A DNA stretch of 20,000 nucleotides from an uncultured virus (IMG/VR IMGVR_UViG_3300030376_002698) (taxonomy: Duplodnaviria; Heunggongvirae; Uroviricota; Caudoviricetes): the IMG/VR virus record IMGVR_UViG_3300030376_002698, positions 53,596-73,595 of that record. One strand, 5' to 3'. The first letter of the stretch is position 1; every line of letters starts with the position of its first letter. The position numbers were made by a program, and so were the translations under genes. The notes under the pieces are model-generated. The model searched no databases, was not told the DNA's origin, and saw only the letters and a list, made by a program, of their open reading frames with translations. Positions 6,083 through 13,359 of this stretch are shown here, piece by piece.

Positions 6083-6520
6083 CCCCTATATATCATTATG
6101 CACTGCTGTAGCAGTGTTGATGTGTGGGGGCATTCTAAAACCCCACGCTTTTGAATTGACGCTTTGAATGCATTGGGGAAATTGATTCTTGAACTCACAG
6201 TTCGACTGTGCATTCGACCGCTTTCTCTGCATCTGCGAGCGTCAATGCATTAAGTGATATCTGCATTGCAAGACTTCTTTGTCTTACGTGTAAGGAAGTG
6301 ATGCAATGCATGTAAAGTCTGGGCTCCTTTGTATACACGACGGACGCTAACACGGCTTACTAACATCATACGAATCGGGATTTGTAGTCAAGTATTATAT
6401 CGGTTCCAGGCGCTTGCATTTTTTCTTCTTGTTCGGCGCAGCCGAACGCTTAATGCACGACAACAAGTTGTCGAAGCTTCTACCAATCTAACACTGGACA
6501 ACTGCATCCAGCGATTAGTT
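6083..6520 (+). ncRNA. candidate large structured element (ncRNA, origin or genome end) at the transcription divergence point
   Basis: Stems 6083-6095/6118-6130, 6100-6106/6111-6117, 6155-6164/6237-6246, 6165-6172/6209-6216, 6262-6270/6302-6310, 6317-6323/6405-6411, 6369-6375/6380-6386, 6431-6437/6441-6447, 6458-6463/6468-6473. Non-canonical pairs are G-T on the + strand. Confidence 0.5.
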
Positions 6521-6584
6521 ATGCTGTGAGTAATTGTGTTAGTTGAATAAACAGCTACCACCTAACCTCTAAAAGGAGATTACT

Positions 6585-6788
6585 ATGAATAACAATAAAA
6601 ATATAATACAAGTACTTGACGCAGCTCAAGTCACAAGCACAGAAAGTTACTTTCAAGATAGTTGCGAACAGTGCAATTCAGAATTTATATTTGGGGATTC
6701 TATACATACCCTAGTAAATGATGACCGTGACTACCATCCTGTGTCTATAATCTGTGGAAAATGTTTCAATCAAATAGGGAGAAAATAA
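6585..6788 (+). CDS. small Zn-ribbon-like protein
   Basis: CEQC...CGKC. AAGGAG SD. Confidence 0.7.
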   Translation: MNNNKNIIQVLDAAQVTSTESYFQDSCEQCNSEFIFGDSIHTLVNDDRDYHPVSIICGKCFNQIGRK

Positions 6789-6789
6789 C

Positions 6790-6948
6790 ATGATATCAAT
6801 TATAATTATATCAGTACTACTACTAACTAACTTATTTACCTTCTTGTGTCTGGTTCATCTTGAACAGGAGACAAACGACTTGCTGAAACAGGTTGAGGAG
6901 GAAAGAGAATTTAGTAGAGAATTAATTAAAACAGGAGAAAAATCATGA
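6790..6948 (+). CDS. 52-aa membrane-anchored protein
   Basis: Hand translation MISIIIISVLLLTNLFTFLCLVHLEQETNDLLKQVEEEREFSRELIKTGEKS. ATGA overlap with next gene. Confidence 0.6.
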   Translation: MISIIIISVLLLTNLFTFLCLVHLEQETNDLLKQVEEEREFSRELIKTGEKS

Positions 6949-7676
6949 ACGGTAAAATTGATTACGAACTAGAAGCTAGTCATATACTAGAAGAACATAA
7001 TATCGAAGAAGCATCAGAAAGTATGGTAAGGTCAGTTGATACTAATAAAAGTATTACTTGGTCGCACAATACTTTCGAACTGCGAAACGCTCATGCTGCA
7101 CTATTGCATGCTGAGATAAGAGAGTATCATGCTCAAACTGAGTTGTTGACTGCTATAGATAACGACTTAGTTGATGCACGAATGGAAGGCTCTCACGACC
7201 AGGAAGGTATCTATGGCTTTGATAATCCTAATGAGATTATGGTACACAAGAAAGATTATATCATAAGAAGTCAAGAGTTCTTTCTTGATTCAGCTTTAGG
7301 TAAACTCAAGATGTTTTGGTTACGATATGGTTGTAGTCATGTATCTTGTTTGTTGTACACCAAGTCAGGTAAACTAGGATACAAGCAAACTCAAATTGCT
7401 AAGATAGCTAGTACTGGTTGGTACAATGAATTGATTAGACTTACTGATAACAAAGAACTTATCAGTGTCTATGATTCAGAAAGACAACAGTTGAGCTACA
7501 GAATCAATGGTAATATTGCTGCTCTCAAATCTGCTACTACACCAGCTGTAAAGCAGGGAAATTTGTTTGAGAAACAAGCCTTAACCCAATTGGTTCAAGT
7601 ACAAGACCGTGAGAATAAACTCAATGCGTATCTTGATAAACAACCACTTGTGGTAAAAGAACAAGTAAACAAGTAA
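6945..7676 (+). CDS. hypothetical protein, 243 aa
   Basis: Long ORF, AGGAG SD, followed by a terminator. No family recognised. Confidence 0.85.
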   Translation: MNGKIDYELEASHILEEHNIEEASESMVRSVDTNKSITWSHNTFELRNAHAALLHAEIREYHAQTELLTAIDNDLVDARMEGSHDQEGIYGFDNPNEIMVHKKDYIIRSQEFFLDSALGKLKMFWLRYGCSHVSCLLYTKSGKLGYKQTQIAKIASTGWYNELIRLTDNKELISVYDSERQQLSYRINGNIAALKSATTPAVKQGNLFEKQALTQLVQVQDRENKLNAYLDKQPLVVKEQVNK

Positions 7677-7683
7677 AATCCCC

Positions 7684-7731
7684 TGATGGGTTAGTCGGTT
7701 ATACACTGGCTAACCTGTCAAATTTTTTTTT
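7684..7731 (+). terminator. intrinsic terminator
   Basis: 16-bp stem 7684-7699/7705-7720 with G-U pairs, T-tract at 7723-7731, just after a stop codon. Confidence 0.85.
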
Positions 7732-7885
7732 GTAGTCCAAGTCTGTCTACATAGGGTGTATAAAGAAATACATAGATATGTAGAATTATAAACAACACAT
7801 AAGAGGTTAAAGAATAGATGATTCAAGTGTAGAAGAAGCTGGTAAAAAATAACTCCAGAGTAGTGCAACTACATAGAATATCTTA

Positions 7886-7983
7886 GGACTGTCGGTCACA
7901 GAAGGGGAGAAGTAATCAATAGGAACGAGATTGAGATTATTTCAAGAGTGGATTCTTGGCTCGACCAGCATGTTAGACAGTCC
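7886..7983 (+). ncRNA. candidate multi-stem RNA element upstream of ORF 8018
   Basis: ggactgtc/gacagtcc, ggtc/gacc, gaagtaatc/gattatttc, aagag/ttctt. Confidence 0.5.
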
Positions 7984-8017
7984 GCTTATATTAACAATCA
8001 ACACATAGGAGGTAAAA

Positions 8018-8227
8018 ATGTGGAGAGTACTAAAATCAATGAGTAATTTATTACTTATAGACAGAGTCGTGAAGAGAGTGAAAGACGTTGCTAACGTGGA
8101 CCCATCTCTTGATGAAGCTCTTGAGCAGTACGAAAAAGCTCAGGAGAAAATAGGTAGATTAGAGCAAGTGATAGCTAGAAAGCATCAAAGGCTACAGTCT
8201 ATCGTAATTCGTAACAAACAAAGCTAG
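8018..8227 (+). CDS. small coiled-coil hypothetical protein
   Basis: ORF track. AGGAGGT SD. Confidence 0.75.
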   Translation: MWRVLKSMSNLLLIDRVVKRVKDVANVDPSLDEALEQYEKAQEKIGRLEQVIARKHQRLQSIVIRNKQS

Positions 8228-8236
8228 GAGGATAAT

Positions 8237-8494
8237 ATGGCTATAGATACGAGTAAACAAGCAAGCATGTATGTTAAAGGTTACATGCAAAACATCTGGA
8301 AACGTGACGAGTCAGGTCAAGTGGTAAAACCATTTGAAAAGACTGGTGAACAGTTTAAGGTAATACAAACAATTAATATGCCTATAGATACTGTGCGACC
8401 AGGTGAAAGCATCACTGTTGAAACTCTTAACCAATTGGTAGAGAGAAACAATGTTGATGTTTCTATGGTAGAAGCACCAAGACCTAAAAACTAA
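8237..8494 (+). CDS. hypothetical protein
   Basis: ORF track. AGGAGG SD. Confidence 0.8.
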   Translation: MAIDTSKQASMYVKGYMQNIWKRDESGQVVKPFEKTGEQFKVIQTINMPIDTVRPGESITVETLNQLVERNNVDVSMVEAPRPKN

Positions 8495-8504
8495 TACTGG
8501 GTAA

Positions 8505-8543
8505 GGTGGGGAAGTTGATGTTCAGTCGGCTTAAATCCCCACC
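8505..8543 (+). promoter_or_regulatory. intergenic bulged hairpin without U-tract (possible RNase III or stability element)
   Basis: ggtgggga/tccccacc plus agttgat/gtcggct. Confidence 0.5.
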
Positions 8544-8568
8544 CCCCTATTCAACAAAAGGAAAAGTT

Positions 8569-8763
8569 ATGATAGAATTCGAAATATCTTCAATGCTAGA
8601 CCAAGTCAGGTCTGGTAAAATGACAGCTGACACCTTTGTAAACAAGTGTGAAGCTATCGTTAATAATTTTAACAAAGAACTAGAAAAACAAGGACAAGCT
8701 GCTTATGAGGAGCAAGAGTCCAAAAGTATGTTGGAGGCAGAACTAAATGGAAACGATACGTGA
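8569..8763 (+). CDS. hypothetical protein, 64 aa
   Basis: ORF track 8506..8763. Start moved to ATG 8569 behind AAAGGA, because GTG 8506 lies in a hairpin. Confidence 0.7.
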   Translation: MIEFEISSMLDQVRSGKMTADTFVNKCEAIVNNFNKELEKQGQAAYEEQESKSMLEAELNGNDT

Positions 8764-8923
8764 ACAGTTATTACTAAAACTCAATAATCATCTTGATATG
8801 TATCATGGCATTATGGCTGGTCAAGCAGTCGGATGCGAACATAGAGAGATGGAGCAAGCACAGCAATTAGCTGAAATATTACAAATTAACTTGGATACTT
8901 ATGAGGAGGAACGTAATGGTTAA
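8747..8923 (+). CDS. hypothetical protein, 58 aa
   Basis: Hand translation METIREQLLLKLNNHLDMYHGIMAG...YEEERNG. GGAGG SD. Fills the gap between neighbours. Confidence 0.65.
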   Translation: METIREQLLLKLNNHLDMYHGIMAGQAVGCEHREMEQAQQLAEILQINLDTYEEERNG

Positions 8924-9680
8924 ACACATTGCAACTAAACCACAAACTACTAATAATTATAGTATGTTTAAATTCAAACATGGTAATAGACCAGTAGATC
9001 AAGCTCATGTAAAAAAGCTGATTACATCTATGACCGAAGTATATGTACCGCAAACAATTTATGTCAACAAACGACACGAAATAACTGACGGTCAACATAG
9101 ATTCACCGCAGCTAAAGCACTAGGTCTACCTATTACTTATATGGTTACAGATCATTCATTGGATGATATCCGTAGGATGAACCAGAACAATAAGAACTGG
9201 AGTATAGATGATTTTCTTAGCTCTTATGTAAGTATAGAAGCTAAAAAGAATCCTGAAACAGTTGGTCCATATGGTGTATTCAAACACTTTAAAGACATTA
9301 CTGGTTTTGGTAATGCAACTTGTATCATGATGCTATCTGATGTAGCATCAAGTACTATTGGATTAGTTCATTCTAGTGTAATCAAAACATTCAAAAGCGG
9401 TGAGTTTGTTATACCCCCTGGTCAGTTTGAAAAAGCTAAACGCCAGGCTAAAATGATTAATTTAGTTGGTCATTTTTATGAAGGTAACAAACGTAGATCG
9501 TTCATTGCAGCGTTTATACAGGCACTAAATGATGAGAAGTTTGATTTTAAAAAGTTTATAAGAAAACTAGAATTAAATCGAAGTAAGCTATTTCATTGTA
9601 CTAGTACTGATGAGTACCTAGAGGCTATACAAAAGCTGTACAATTGGGGTGATAAAAAGAAAACTAAACTAAGGAGATAA
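8916..9680 (+). CDS. ParB/Srx N-terminal-domain protein
   Basis: NRPVDQAHVKKLITSM...IYVN...ITDGQHRFTAAKALG. Start moved to ATG 8916 behind GAGGAGG. Confidence 0.8.
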   Translation: MVKHIATKPQTTNNYSMFKFKHGNRPVDQAHVKKLITSMTEVYVPQTIYVNKRHEITDGQHRFTAAKALGLPITYMVTDHSLDDIRRMNQNNKNWSIDDFLSSYVSIEAKKNPETVGPYGVFKHFKDITGFGNATCIMMLSDVASSTIGLVHSSVIKTFKSGEFVIPPGQFEKAKRQAKMINLVGHFYEGNKRRSFIAAFIQALNDEKFDFKKFIRKLELNRSKLFHCTSTDEYLEAIQKLYNWGDKKKTKLRR

Positions 9681-9681
9681 T

Positions 9682-10008
9682 ATGGAAAATAAATACAATG
9701 TTATGATACTACCTGCATCTGGTGGCATCATTGCACAAACTGTGCCAGGTGATGATGGTCCTAACTTTAAAGACATCAAAGAAATGCTTGGCATCAAAAT
9801 GATTGAGATAACTGGTGCTACTATGGGTGGTAAAGATTACGATCTATACTTCGATGAAGAAGGTAGATACAGTAACAAAGCTATCATTAATGATTCTGCA
9901 ACTGTATTCTTTTTAGCGTGGTTGGCTAAGGAAGGCAGAACTACTATGATACCTAATGTAGTTGGTAATGCAGCTCTTGTCCAAAGGGAGCCAGTCAATG
10001 TCAAATAA
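9682..10008 (+). CDS. DUF3846-like protein
   Basis: IKEMLG...IE...DLYFDEEG...N..AT...VVGNA pattern. Confidence 0.65.
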   Translation: MENKYNVMILPASGGIIAQTVPGDDGPNFKDIKEMLGIKMIEITGATMGGKDYDLYFDEEGRYSNKAIINDSATVFFLAWLAKEGRTTMIPNVVGNAALVQREPVNVK

Positions 10009-10243
10009 CAATTCAATAATTAGTAAATATGATAATTACCAAAGTGAGCATGCAGATGTACCTGGTAGTGGTAACATTATTGGCATACTTGAGAATGAAT
10101 CAATAGAAACTGTATTCAGAGTATTTGGCGGTACTATCGAAGATACCCCAAAACAAGTATGGTCTAATGTTTCTAATGCTGTTTACGAGTATTTAGGTAA
10201 TCATAATATAATTGATCTACAAGTAAAAAGGACACTGCAATGA
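9998..10243 (+). CDS. hypothetical protein, 81 aa
   Basis: ORF track 9962..10243. Start moved to ATG 9998 behind GGGAG. Confidence 0.7.
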   Translation: MSNNNSIISKYDNYQSEHADVPGSGNIIGILENESIETVFRVFGGTIEDTPKQVWSNVSNAVYEYLGNHNIIDLQVKRTLQ

Positions 10244-10452
10244 GTAAAAGAGATGACGATCTTCTTACTGTAATAAATTTTGATGATGAGCAACCACATC
10301 AAAAAATCCAATATTTAATGTCAGAAGGTAATCGTAGAATTATACAATCTTCTTATAGTAAAGAAGTTATAGAAGAAGCTGCTGCTTACTTGAATAATCT
10401 TAATGCAAAGTTTGAAGGTAAATACCGAGAGAAATTTTATAGGTTAAAGTAA
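10240..10452 (+). CDS. hypothetical protein
   Basis: ORF track. ATGA coupling. Confidence 0.75.
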   Translation: MSKRDDDLLTVINFDDEQPHQKIQYLMSEGNRRIIQSSYSKEVIEEAAAYLNNLNAKFEGKYREKFYRLK

Positions 10453-10453
10453 T

Positions 10454-10642
10454 ATGGATAAATTTTCATTTATATTAGTACTAGCTGCATTAGCATTTTT
10501 TTATGTAGTTGGTAGTGTAACAATTGTTGGTTTTAAATCAGAAGCTTTAATTTCTGAGGTACATAATCAACTAGATACAATGTGGTCCGAAATAGAAATA
10601 GTTCGTGATCAAACATACTCTATATATACAGAGTGTAAATAA
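10454..10642 (+). CDS. small membrane protein
   Basis: N-terminal hydrophobic helix FSFILVLAALAFFYVVGSVTIV. Confidence 0.7.
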   Translation: MDKFSFILVLAALAFFYVVGSVTIVGFKSEALISEVHNQLDTMWSEIEIVRDQTYSIYTECK

Positions 10643-10661
10643 TTCCCCGTTAGAGGTGAAT

Positions 10662-10905
10662 GGGTGGTAGGTTTCTCTTGTTAATCTACCACTTTAAAAT
10701 ATTTGAGTACAGTCTCTTCCACCTGGAAAGTTCTGCAAACTAGGATGATCTCGTTTGAGTTGCGCATATACAACGAGAGCCCAAGCCTGTCACTGGTTAC
10801 TTTAACCACCTGGTATATTGTACTGTATTCAATAGGTAGAGGGTATACAGCCAAGGATATCCGTATCCAGTTTAAACAATGTGGCTACTGGGTATGCTCT
10901 CTACT
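10662..10905 (+). ncRNA. candidate structured RNA region (hairpin, four-way junction and long stem)
   Basis: 10663-10673/10683-10693; 11-bp stem 10703-10713/10822-10832 enclosing three hairpins; 13-bp stem 10836-10848/10892-10904. Confidence 0.55.
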
Positions 10906-10925
10906 GCTTAATGAAAGGAAAATAT

Positions 10926-11135
10926 ATGACTACAACAATAGAAAAAAATAATACATTTGCTACATTTAAAACTCAAACTGAATTGTTTAAATATATTAAT
11001 TCTATGACTGGTCCAGGTGAATCTTATAATATGGCACTTGGTGCAGGATTAATGTGGAATACAATAGCACATATATTACAGGAGGATAAAAATGACACAT
11101 CCAAAGGATCCAAGACTAAACGGTTGGAAATATAA
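10926..11135 (+). CDS. hypothetical protein, 69 aa
   Basis: ORF track 10881..11135. Start moved to ATG 10926 behind GAAAGGA. Confidence 0.7.
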   Translation: MTTTIEKNNTFATFKTQTELFKYINSMTGPGESYNMALGAGLMWNTIAHILQEDKNDTSKGSKTKRLEI

Positions 11136-11325
11136 GAGCTTTAACTTAAATGATAAAGAACATGCAGCTGTCGTACAGATGTATGAAGATTGTAGCAAAC
11201 GCTATGATCTCAAACAAAAAACTATATTCATGACATTAATAAAAATGTTACATGAGTATGGTACAAAAGATACATTCTTTGATGATGTATTAAAAACAAT
11301 AACGAAAGGAAAAACCAATGGCTAA
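11092..11325 (+). CDS. small hypothetical protein, possibly ribbon-helix-helix-like DNA binder
   Basis: AGGAGG SD. YKSFNL strand followed by two helices, by eye only. Confidence 0.65.
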   Translation: MTHPKDPRLNGWKYKSFNLNDKEHAAVVQMYEDCSKRYDLKQKTIFMTLIKMLHEYGTKDTFFDDVLKTITKGKTNG

Positions 11326-11839
11326 AATGAGTGAACGACAACGAGAGTATTTCTTATCAAGAGTTAATGATGAGATATACAATCACAAAAGATCATTAGA
11401 ACTAAAAGAATCTAGTGCTAAAGAAAAGATGGTTAAGACATTATATCCTAAGTATGTAGAACAAGTAGGAATTAAGAAAGAACTAGCAGAGCTACAAGCA
11501 TTAGAAACTAAATACAATAAGTTACTTAATCACATGGGAGGTACAATAAGTAGAATGTTCGATGCTGAAGATAATATGTACATGCATACTGATAATAATT
11601 CATATGCGAATGTAGTATCTAATCTAACTAGGTTAGCTAAGAAAACACTTGATCGTGAGTTTGTAAAATCACCTGAAGGTAAAGCTATGTTGCAGTTAGA
11701 TCAGGCACATCAACGAGCTAAAGATATTATATGGTCAGCAGGTTCTGATTCTAATATCATGGAAGTAGTTGGTAATGTATTAAGTAAAGATGTTGGTATC
11801 AGCCTTAACTACAATCCATTACAAATAGAAAGTAAATAG
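11318..11839 (+). CDS. helical/coiled-coil hypothetical protein
   Basis: ORF track. GAAAGGA SD. Confidence 0.85.
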   Translation: MAKMSERQREYFLSRVNDEIYNHKRSLELKESSAKEKMVKTLYPKYVEQVGIKKELAELQALETKYNKLLNHMGGTISRMFDAEDNMYMHTDNNSYANVVSNLTRLAKKTLDREFVKSPEGKAMLQLDQAHQRAKDIIWSAGSDSNIMEVVGNVLSKDVGISLNYNPLQIESK

Positions 11840-12013
11840 ATATTCAGGCGTACTGACGAGTACAAGTACAAGTCTGATAGAGATGACCAGTGTAAGCCTT
11901 CTGGAATTAGAATAGCGATATAATATTTATTCTTTACTAATTTATAGAGTTGAATCTCTCAGGTTTTATAGGATTGGCTTCCCTACATCTCGTTAAAAAA
12001 AGAAAGGATAAAT

Positions 12014-12160
12014 ATGTGGTATTTTATAATAGGACTTATTCTTGGTTGGATCTTTAGTAGATCTTACAAGAAACTAAAAGTAGATATGTCAGAGATACTT
12101 GATGATCTCAAATCACTTACTGGTCGTGCTGCGAATAAGCTTCGTGATATAGACGAGTAA
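12014..12160 (+). CDS. 48-aa membrane-anchored protein
   Basis: Hand translation MWYFIIGLILGWIFSRSYKKLKVDMSEILDDLKSLTGRAANKLRDIDE. GAAAGGA SD. Confidence 0.65.
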   Translation: MWYFIIGLILGWIFSRSYKKLKVDMSEILDDLKSLTGRAANKLRDIDE

Positions 12161-12475
12161 GTTAGGGTTATCCATAAAGAATAATGGTTGTATTACATTA
12201 GCTGTATTAAGTACTACACGTTCTTCTGCAGTACCATCAGCTAGTGCCATACCTTCATTAGTCTCACCAATATATTTAAATACACAGTGTAGCAGCTCAT
12301 GAATAATAGTATTCGCTTCTTCTTCTGGACTTAGTCCTGGTTGTATTTCTATTTTAGATTGTCTATCAAGATACTGTCCATAGCAGTCCGTCATATTATC
12401 TGAACGGAACTCAGGAGATGCATAAACAATATCTATTGTACGATAACCTACTTTTACTTTTAAAGGTAGTTTCAT
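12113..12475 (-). CDS. HEXXH metallopeptidase-like phage protein
   Basis: YG.Y....KIEI...L...E..NTIIHELLH...EERVV. Confidence 0.75.
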   Translation of the reverse strand: MKLPLKVKVGYRTIDIVYASPEFRSDNMTDCYGQYLDRQSKIEIQPGLSPEEEANTIIHELLHCVFKYIGETNEGMALADGTAEERVVLNTANVIQPLFFMDNPNLLVYITKLIRSTTSK

Positions 12476-12524
12476 ATGAGCACACCTATTCTAGTGTAGT
12501 AATAATTACTATACGAGTTGGAAC

Positions 12525-12848
12525 TCATTTGCAAGATTTATTCCATAATAAAGCTGCATAAATTGTCGGTTCTAAACAGTAGTTTAACCAGAACTTACGT
12601 TCATTGCCATATTGTTGATGTAATTCCATATGGTGAAACATGCATAATGGTACAGTTTTAGAGTCACAAACCTTTAATCCCATAGCTGCATGTTGGGTAA
12701 ATGTAAGATGATGTGCATGAATATCGTAATCTGTCTTACAAATACAGCAAGAAAGCTCTCTAATAAGCTTTAAATGCTTAGGAGAACGGTGTCTAGGCTC
12801 TATACTAGGGTCAAATAATGATTTATCTATGCGTTTGCGCTTAGCCAC
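12525..12848 (-). CDS. DUF968-like Zn-binding HNH-type protein
   Basis: R...HL..IR.L.CCIC...HAHH...G.K..D...VPLC..HH.ELH..G.E..FW. Start moved to GTG 12848. Confidence 0.75.
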   Translation of the reverse strand: MAKRKRIDKSLFDPSIEPRHRSPKHLKLIRELSCCICKTDYDIHAHHLTFTQHAAMGLKVCDSKTVPLCMFHHMELHQQYGNERKFWLNYCLEPTIYAALLWNKSCK

Positions 12849-13302
12849 GTATGGTATTACCTTTGTTTTGTAGACCAAAATGAAATGCAGCTTCACCTAA
12901 AGCTTCTCTAAGTCTATGACCTCCATAGTATTTAGACCATTTCATTCTTCTATTTAAATCTGATATAGAATAACCTTCACCACAGACAAGATCAAGGACA
13001 ATAGCTGATGTAGGACCAACTACAGAGTTGCATCTAGCTAGTTCTTGCATAGCATCTAATTTATGATCTGCTATATCACCTTTGCCTGTTACGTCTATTT
13101 TTTCAGATAAACCAGCAGTACGTGCACCTATTAGTGATATTTCAAATAATTTACGATATTTAAGACCAGCAGAGTATTGAATACTTGAAATTAAGTTACG
13201 ATTACGTAAAGTATCAAGAGAACATTCACGAAGATTCATAACACGAACATAGCTGCCTTGTTTTAAAACTGGGGCTATATCTCGTTTATCTTCTTTGTCC
13301 AT
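12841..13302 (-). CDS. DUF6456-like putative transcription regulator
   Basis: L..L....LI...QY.AG.KY...VG.....VLDLVCGEG.SI...RLREAL..AA.HFG pattern with C-terminal HTH. Confidence 0.7.
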   Translation of the reverse strand: MDKEDKRDIAPVLKQGSYVRVMNLRECSLDTLRNRNLISSIQYSAGLKYRKLFEISLIGARTAGLSEKIDVTGKGDIADHKLDAMQELARCNSVVGPTSAIVLDLVCGEGYSISDLNRRMKWSKYYGGHRLREALGEAAFHFGLQNKGNTIRG

Positions 13303-13359
13303 AAGTAAATATATAATATGATTTGTTGAATTTAATCAACGAATATGATTAATTAGAAA
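13303..13359. promoter_or_regulatory. short divergent promoter region with imperfect inverted repeat
   Basis: atttgttga-N6-tcaacgaat at 13321-13344 between divergent genes. TTGATT-N18-TATATA on the minus strand. Confidence 0.5.

Noticed and set aside
6190..6216. GTTCGACT as a tRNA T-loop
   Set aside because: The G53-C61 closing pair is missing, and no acceptor, D or anticodon arm can be built.
6329..6529. 66-aa + strand ORF
   Set aside because: TTG start without SD, atypical composition, and it runs through perfect hairpins.
8886..9098. Minus-strand 70-aa ORF (likewise 13866..14090 and + strand 16574..16942)
   Set aside because: Antisense to well-supported genes.
10775..10845. gcccaagcc...gtagaggg as a twister ribozyme core
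   Set aside because: Only partial resemblance. The P4 stem around the loop and the UAA cleavage junction could not be built.
10703..10951. 82-aa + strand ORF
   Set aside because: TTG start with no SD. It coincides with extensive stems and overlaps the next gene.
11853..11880. CTGACGA as a hammerhead ribozyme core
   Set aside because: No GAAA follows the putative stem II, and no stem III/NUH site was found.
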